A stretch of 57,132 nucleotides of DNA, the filler included, from Ionaspis alba (Eukaryota), in NCBI GenBank assembly GCA_964255285.1. It is 4 parts of 4 records of this genome, joined end to end, with 100 filler letters (N's around TTAATTAATTAA, not from the genome) between each part and the next. Parts side by side here need not be neighbours in the genome. Positions count along the whole stretch, not along the records: positions 42,941 to 57,132 come from CAXUUL010000433.1; 3 more parts are not named here. One strand, 5' to 3'. The number at the start of each line of letters is the position of its first letter. The stretch's first letter is position 1. The translations under genes were made by a program, and so were the position numbers. The notes below the pieces were generated by a model. That model had not been told where the DNA came from. It saw only the letters and a list, made by a program, of their open reading frames with translations, and made no database searches. Below are positions 49,401 through 57,132 of the stretch, piece by piece.

Positions 49401-52400
49401 TACATTCCATTACAGTGATGGTTACGCCTTGAGCAACGACAATCCTCTCTACAAAGAAGTGCACGATCTCAGAAAGCGTATGGGAGTCCTGCTTCATGAA
49501 GTGCATGGGTTCCTCGTTGAGAAGCAGCCTGACGACGTTGCATGCTTCACTCCGCTTTACACAGCGTACAAATCCTGGTTCATTGACCTTGGAATAGAGA
49601 AATCGGCTCACGTTTTAGATCGTGTCGCCAGGCTGTTTACCGTAGACATACATCCCTACAAAGTCAGCGGATTGCGCAAAGAATATCCTCGATCACTTTT
49701 ACTTCGAAGGGCAAACGTCTATCACCTCCAGCGCCTGCGTCACAATGCGTCTCCTCGTCCCGCTTCAGAAATGGACAAAGTGCTTCTCCTTGATTTGGCT
49801 CAATCGAGTGTTTCTTCATATACCGAAGTTCGCCGCAATGCTCAGAATGCGTTGGAGTCTGCTTCAAAGGTTATTATCGGGGCCCGGCCACTGCTGATTG
49901 CTCCTCTTTTACGAGCTTTCGAGCTGGGACTGAAGGAGAACGATTTTGCACGTATCAAGGGTGCCATGTACACCCTGCTCTTTGGTAGCCTAGCAAAGAC
50001 TATCGGTCGGGACTGGCGGTATGCACCGGGCATGATCAAAGCTTACCTGGAAGCAAGTGAGGTCGACAGGCCGTCGATACAAAAGCTTTGCTCTTCTGGC
50101 ACGTTTCAAGTCATGGAGTTCGGACGAGCAACTGAACGCATGGTCATCTTAGACCGTGACATAGTCCAGGCACTTGCGCCTTCAAATGACGATCTCGAAC
50201 CGAAGATAGAGAACAAGAAAAGGAAAGTGCAGAAGAAACGCCTTGCCGTTGAGGCAAAAAAAGCTAGGCTCTCCGAGGAACTGGTCATCGTCGCTGGGAA
50301 ATCGCATTGGAAGAAGGCAAGCAGGACGGCAGCTATAGTCGTCACACTTGGATTCAGGTTCCAAACTCTCGCATCCAACGCCCTCATCGATCTGCTCACC
50401 AAAGGTGCAGTCGACTCCCATCCAGGGCTTAGGGGAATGTTCTCGGGTGCACTGGTAGCTCTGTTCTCCTTAGTGGAGACCCGCATTGTTTGCCAGCACA
50501 GCTACGAAAATTATTTGCTGGACAAGCAGCTCATCCTCGAAAAAATAGAAGTTACAACTAGGCGAGATGAATCAAGCTGGACCAGCAAGTATCTTGAAGG
50601 CTTTGCAAAGGCTGACACATCGTATTATGTCGACCACGAATATCCCGGTTGGCTCGTCTGGAACAGAACGATGCCTGCCTACAATTCAAACCCCAAGCAA
50701 AGGCCAGATATTGACGAGGAAGAGAACAGAGTGATCTCGCAGGTCGGCAAAGCCTTGGATCGATCGTGGTTCTCTACTTTCTTCGAATACCTCAAGCAAG
50801 AACCTCGTGATGCTTCAGCCGATCGGTTCAGGGTCTCTAGTGCAATGATGCTTGGTTATGCATTCGATCAGATGCACGAAGGTCGATTGGCAGTTACGTT
50901 CGATGATATCAAGGAACAAGTTGCCTCCACATTCGGTGATGGGAGTGACAAGCATCAACATAGAGCCACGGCTGAGATCCTTGGTGGGCTTCTCGGCTCC
51001 GTTCACGACAAGTCCATCAAGACGAGGGATGCGGTGTGGGAGTTCTGTATGTCTGTGGTATTGAAAGTCTTTACTGATGGCCTGACACCTGAGAACTCTG
51101 GCTACTGGACTACGTTTCTGCATCTTTTGCTGCAAGGCAAAGATCCAAGACGGTCATGGCCGTTACTCGAGTGGCTCGCAGAGTTCAGACTTGACATGTC
51201 CTCGAATGCAGCATTCAAGGAGAGCTCCAAGATTATGCTCTTGCAACAGTGTGTGACGGACGCTGGATGGCACTTCCAATTGGAAAAGCCTGTGCTTAAA
51301 GATTTCCTGCAACACATCGACCACCCTTACAAAGGCGTTCGCGAGGCTATGGGACAGACTCTTGCTGCGATATATCGCACAAGGTACCACGAATCATACA
51401 AAGACATTGAATCACTTATCACAACTCAGAATACGGCTTCTTCCATTGGAACACCTCCGTATCAACCAACCGAAGAATTCGTCAGCACAATCCATGAAGT
51501 TTTCGAGCGACTAGAGGAATGGAGAAAAGAACGCACACCCGGCCAGCAAACACCCTCCTCCTACACCTCCGGCAGCAAAACTGTTCTGTTATGGCTCGAT
51601 TCCACCCTCTCCTCCTATGAATGCACTCAACTCCTCCAATTCTTCCCCGACATCTTCATGGAGCAGCTCCTGCACATGATGGACGTCAAAGAAGACCAAG
51701 AACTACAAGGCCTCGCCTACCACGTCTTCCGACACATCCCCAACATCCCCCACCGCATCGGTGAAGACGCTGCCCTCATCACTTCCCTCATCCGCATCGG
51801 CACGACCTCTCCTTTCTGGCACCAACGTCTCCGTGTCCTCATCAACATGCAAGTAATCTACTTCCGCCGGCTCTTCCTTCTCTCTCGCGCTCAACAACAA
51901 AGTCTTTTCGACTGTGTCGCCAGCATGCTTAACGACTCACAACTCGAGGTCCGCTTAGGAGCTATGACTTCTCTCTCTGGCATGATTCGTTGCTCACCTC
52001 TTGCTCTCCGCACAACTATCGTCGACACCCTCAACAAGAAATTCACAAGCATGCTTCTCAGCAATCCACTTCCGAAGAAACCTCGTAACAACCTCTCGGC
52101 CACCAGCACCGGTACCAGCACCCCGACTCCCGAACACACGAAGCTTGTCCTTACACGCCACGCCGCTGTTCTCGGCCTTGGCGCCCTGGTTCAGGCATTC
52201 CCGTACTCGAGTCCGCCGCCCACATGGATTCCGGGCGTGCTGACTACGCTGGCGAATAAGGCGAACGCTGATCCGGGAATGGTGGGGAAGAGCGTAAAGA
52301 GTATTTTGGCGGACTTTAAGAAGACGAGACAGGATACTTGGCATATGGATCTTAAGGTATTTTATTCTCTCTCTCGATTTCGGTGACTGTGATGAGCGGC

Positions 52401-52481
52401 GGAGCTAATGTCGTCTAGGTATTTTCGCCGGAGCAAGTTGAAGACTTGGAGGGGGTGTTGTGGAAGAGCTATTTTGCGTAA
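46474..52481 (+). CDS. BLM10: Proteasome activator Blm10/PA200 (3 exons)
   Basis: ETFFHPSNSGAW, LALPGIDANDLEKT and FKKTRQDTW. The terminal exon VFSPEQVEDLEGVLWKSYFA* ends in a YFA HbYX-type tail. Introns at about 46920-46967 and 52357-52419. Confidence 0.95.
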
Positions 52482-53013
52482 TTGACGCCAATGGTAAAAT
52501 CTGCAATGCGGTCTCAGGTGGGGCCTCAGGTGTTGGTTTATGGTGGGATTGCGGCGAGTATAAACCGGTGGCTTCTTGTTGTATCCCTTTGGCTTGCATT
52601 CACGACTGGTGTGAAAAGATCCGAAGCAAGTTGTATAAGCATTGACAGTGCATTGAGCATTTCGGCGTTTCTTTAGACTGTCCTTCTCATTGTGTATAGA
52701 GCATGCACGGTATTAGTCGTAGCCATAATGTATGCTGATTACTTTCGCGATGCTCGTTCTACACTTCTGTAATTGAGAGCTGTAAATCACGCAATAAAGA
52801 CATACCAATGGCCACCACTAGCAGGGGACGAAAAAAGAAGCTCGAGGAAATGAGATATTGTTAATCTGCTACAAAGGCTCGAAAAGCTCCGGATGCCCTT
52901 TCTTCTTACGAAGACAAACTGACAATATCACGCCAGGACCTCCACGGTACCGTAGTGATGGTAATCGCTAACAAAACATGATTCAAAAAAACATCCGCTA
53001 GCCCCTACAACTC

Positions 53014-55752
53014 TCATAACTTCGCCCCTGGCCCCCCAGTCGGTCTTGACGGATCGTCCGTTCCTCCCGGTGGAGCCCCCGACGTCCCTGGTACCTTTCC
53101 ACCCAGCCCCGGCGGGATCGCTAAATCCGGCAGCTTGATCGGTACGGCAGGTAATGCTTTGATTTTTTCGAGCTTTTCGCCCCTGAGCACTCTTTGCATT
53201 TCATCCAGGTTCAGAACCTCGTATTCGACCAAAGCATTCGCCAGCACGTCGAGCTCTTTGCGCTTCTCGGTCAAGAGCTTGGTGGCACGTTGTCTGCCCT
53301 CGTCGACGAGACGCTGGACCTCGCGCTCGATCTTGCGTTTTGTTTCGGAGGAGAGGAGATTGTAGTTTGAGTTTAGGTCGACGTCGCCGAGAAGGTCGGA
53401 GAAGCCCATTTGGGTAACCATTGCGTAGGCGAGGGAGGTGGCTTGTTGGATATCCTGGACAGAACATTAGTGGTGGGGGGTATAAGAAAAGGGTTGGTAC
53501 TGCTTACGGATGAGGCGCCACTGGACACGTTCTCCGCACCATAGATGAGTTCCTCTGCCACTTTGCCACCCATGCAGATGTCGATGTTGGCGAGGTATTG
53601 CTTCTTAGATTTCGAGACTTGGTCCATTTCGGGCATGAAGTGCGTGACTCCGAGAGATTGGCCTCGAGGCATAATCGTCGCTTTATACACTGGATCTGCG
53701 CCTGCGGTGAACATGGCGACTAGTGCGTGGCCGCCTTCGTGATAGGCGGTCATTATTTTGTCCTTGTCCTGGATGATGGCACTTCGACGCTCGGCGCCCA
53801 TCATGATCTTGTCTTTAGCCCATTCGAAGTCGAGCATACCAACTTTCTTTTCTTTGTTCCTGCTTGCTCTGACGGCGGCTTGGTTTACCAGGTTTTCAAG
53901 ATCGGCGCCGGAAAAGCCCGGGGTTCCCCTTGCAATGGTGGACTCGTCCACGTCAGTTCCGATTTGAACGTTCTTCATGTGATGTTTGAGAATCTCCATT
54001 CGTCCTCGGACATCTGGTAGCGGGACCACTACGTGTCGGTCAAATCTTCCAGGCCTTGTCAAGGCCTTGTCCAGAAGTTGAGGAAAGTTTGTGGCGGCGA
54101 GGATAATAACACCAGTCTGCTGAGAGAACCCGTCGAGCTCGGTCAGGAGTTGATTGAGAGTTTGCTTGACGTAAGCGGCATCCCTCTCGTTTCGCTTCCC
54201 ACCGACGGCATCCAGTTCGTCAATAAAGATGATTGCTGGAGCCTTTGCCCGAGCCGAATTGAAAAGTTCTCGTATCCGCTTTGCCCCCACGCCAACATAT
54301 ACCTCGTCGAACTCCGAGCCGGACATGAAGAAGAAGGGAACGCCTGCTTCTCCAGCCACGGCTCGGGCTAGCAGTGTCTTTCCGGTACCAGGAGGACCAA
54401 CCAGTAGAACGCCCTTTGGTAGCTTACCGCCAAGAGTTGAGAACTTTTCTGGTGCCCTCAGGAACTCTACTAGCTCTTGCAATTCCTCTTTTGCTTCATC
54501 ACAGCCATGTACATCTGAGAATCGTACGTTCTGGTGTTGCGGCTGTGCTTCGTTGTTCTGAACCGCTCCGACCTTCTTCAGAATACCGGTCGTCTCGATC
54601 ACGAGCGTGATGAAGACCAAGGAGAGGTAGGTGACCAGTCCGAACCAGAAAAGGAATTTCGCCCATTTGAATACCGTAGAGCCAAATGACTCCTCCACGA
54701 TTACATAGACCGGACTTTCTTTGGCACCCGTCCCGGCCGGAGCGCCCTTGCCTCGTGCGATAGAGATATTGCCGCCTCTCGTCTGCGCTGCAACTGCTTG
54801 CCCAATAGCCTGCAGCTGTTCGTTGTTCATGGTCGTATTTTGCCCTTGCAGCTGAGAGCCCGTACCCAGGCCTGATACACTTTCACTTTGTCCTATCCTT
54901 TCAAGAGCTCGCAGATACGTGGCTTCACATGCAGCATTACTTGCATATCTTCCGGTTTGGTATCTCTCCACCACTATCGCAGGCATGTTGGCGCGAACGA
55001 GAGCCGAGTAGAAGGCGTTTTGAGCCGTAGCACTCGTCGGATTATTGTTCGCTGTTTGCTCCATATGGGCAAGGAGATTTTGAGAAGAGGCCCCACCGAG
55101 GAACGTGCGTTGCTGAGAAAAGCTGATGAGCTGGTTCGGCCGCCGAGAGTAGATGTATTGTAAACGAAAAGGAGAAAGGGTTGAGAACAGCCGACTCGAT
55201 CTGGATGTCGAAGAATGTGATACCGATAACGGCCTTCGGAGGAGAGGATTCGTGGACCGAAGGATATTTGAAGGCACTACCGAAAGATCAACATATGTGT
55301 AGAAGAACTTGTATCTGATAGATAGACCAACCATTTGCGAATGGTCTAAGCATGCCTTGATCCAAAGGAAGAGCAGCGCATGGTAACCCTCTCAACGATG
55401 CCATGGGAACTTCTCGCAGGCACTCAGGGAGTTCGACCGGAGTACGTGCCTTACTCAGGTCAGTGACAGACCAGCAGTTCATCCAGACGGGACTACCCAC
55501 TATGTGAGAAGAAGACGAAAACGCCGCTTTCTGTTCCGCCCGTCCCCTTGACTGCTGTTGAGATTGCTCCCGGACATTTCTAGCAGGGTGCCGGAAGACC
55601 CTCAAGGGTGAGACCAGGTTAGACTTCATCGAGGGCCAGAGCTCTGTAGTCACAGAAGCGATACTCTGTAGACAGAATGTCAGCGCTGTAGCAAATGTTC
55701 CGTGTCACGGCGTACTGACCGAGATGGAGGTGGGAGCCTGAAAGGCCATCAT
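53014..55752 (-). CDS. YME1: Mitochondrial i-AAA protease Yme1 (FtsH family)
   Basis: Walker A GPPGTGKT, Walker [21 protein letters not shown] and the Zn motif HEGGH. Start (M)MAFQAP at 55749/55752. Introns near 55670-55719, 55280-55332 and 53456-53507. Confidence 0.95.
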
Positions 55753-56103
55753 GATGGGAAGGAAAAGAAAATAATACAGATTAGGAAATGAACATCAGCC
55801 TGAGAAAAGCATGATGTTTAAATTAGACAAGATATACACTGCAGCTAGCAATGTCGAAGGAGTGTGTGATCGTTACTGCGCTTGTAGAAGAATGGCAACA
55901 ATATTTCTCGACCGATATGATGATGAGGCGGTTTGACCATTTGTAGGGCTTAGCTTCATCGATCAGCTCATGCCAAGGGATCACCGGCCGAAGCTCGGCA
56001 GTCTTCTGCCGATGTCTTTGAGTCACTTTTGAGTATGTAGTCAACGAATCTATAGAGGATTCTCAATGAATCTACCAACTCTGCGAGCTCAATCACCTAC
56101 AAC

Positions 56104-56874
56104 ATGGCGAGGAGAAGAAGTCACAGCCCCCTAACATTCATCTCACTACCGCCTTTCAGCACTTTGATCGCAGGAGCGCATACGCAACCCTGGGAAATCG
56201 ACAACCTCGTTATCACATATCTCAACTCTAGGTCGTCCTCCACAGATCCCGAGGGCAGCATGTTGGCAGCACCTCTCAAACACGAGCTGACTCCTCAGAT
56301 CTCGCGTGGTGTGACTCCTCCCATCTTGTGGGGAGGAGACCCATCTTGGTCCAAACAAGAGTACCGGTCGTGTTTTGTGCATGCATCGCTTCTAGGGCGA
56401 GCTTTTGCTCTGTGTCATACCATGTGTGAAGAGACCCCAGCGGAAGCTCTGACTAAGGAGTGCGAAGAGCTATGGAAAGTGATTCAGGATGTCTTCATCA
56501 AAGGATTATTCTCCGAGGACCCGGAGGTCGGCGCCTGGTATGCTGCTGGAATCCTGATATTGACCTGTTCAGATGCATTACAAAAGCAGGGTATCATGGG
56601 GAAGGGGAAAGGATGGTTCTTCTGTGACAACAAACTGGATAAACCGGATGCTACTTGGTCTTGGAATGATCTACGGCAAGCCGTGCTTGCTACGGAGCAT
56701 CTGCCTCGTGATATGACGCGGACGGGTTACACCGATGAAGAGTATAGGACTAGAAAAAACCTTGTGTATGTTCCTGAGGAGGTTTTGCACGTATTCGATC
56801 TGGCCAGAAAGAATCTACATGCCCACAATCCGGACTGGAATTCATACGATATTGCGCGAGCATTTGATGATTGA
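56104..56874 (+). CDS. Hypothetical protein (256 aa, no family recognised)
   Basis: ATG-initiated 256-codon ORF in a good context (caacATGG) with globular-looking composition. Confidence 0.6.
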   Translation: MARRRSHSPLTFISLPPFSTLIAGAHTQPWEIDNLVITYLNSRSSSTDPEGSMLAAPLKHELTPQISRGVTPPILWGGDPSWSKQEYRSCFVHASLLGRAFALCHTMCEETPAEALTKECEELWKVIQDVFIKGLFSEDPEVGAWYAAGILILTCSDALQKQGIMGKGKGWFFCDNKLDKPDATWSWNDLRQAVLATEHLPRDMTRTGYTDEEYRTRKNLVYVPEEVLHVFDLARKNLHAHNPDWNSYDIARAFDD

Positions 56875-57132
56875 AGTCCTCCTGCTGGCCTAATTCAATG
56901 TGTATGGAGACTTTCGGAGATTGCAGGGACGACCAAATGCAGCAGTCCAGAGCCCCACAACCCGCTTGACTGCTTCTCCGTGGCGTGAACGAACTGAATT
57001 ATTGCTCCATCAATTGTTGGAATGAACATGGACCCGTAAAGCCGTCATGATCGATCATTGTCTTTGGCGTCGAGAATTTGCATGTAGGAGCTCTCCGTAC
57101 CACAACGACCAAAGGTGGCATGGCCACGGGTA

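Noticed and set aside
47123..52344. Many short antisense or alternate-frame ORFs overlapping BLM10 (and similarly MAK21, PAF1 and YME1)
   Set aside because: These are shadow ORFs of long coding regions, often with GTG/TTG starts and no recognisable motifs.

Overview
This is eukaryotic DNA from a filamentous ascomycete (Pezizomycotina-type genes with short GT-AG introns and CTRAC branch points). It is not one locus. Four contigs (1-14238, 14339-28540, 28641-42840, 42941-57132) are joined by artificial N44-TTAATTAATTAA-N44 linkers, in descending length order. Most genes are conserved housekeeping genes: cystinosin/ERS1, RPL29, a LisH-WD40 protein, an NCBP3-like protein, RRP1, a sphingoid base kinase, MAK21, a hotdog thioesterase, a Zn2Cys6 transcription factor, CK2 beta, profilin, PAF1, ARP8, PSF3, GPI18, BLM10 and YME1. 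Three things stand out. (1) A 5'-truncated ORF next to ARP8 ends in an apparently intact bacterial Tae4-type (T6SS amidase effector) peptidoglycan hydrolase domain, a candidate horizontally acquired antibacterial or polymorphic toxin. (2) An intronless gene fuses a Mutator/FAR1/WRKY-like Zn-binding DNA-binding domain to a RIB7/RibD_C riboflavin-pathway reductase. (3) An orphan Myb/SANT-like gene has a dense upstream cluster of CTATTG (MAT1-1-1-like) sites plus a 45-bp-phased palindromic repeat array, and lies next to an FlbD-like R2R3 Myb gene. All family assignments come from motif recognition by eye, not from database searches.
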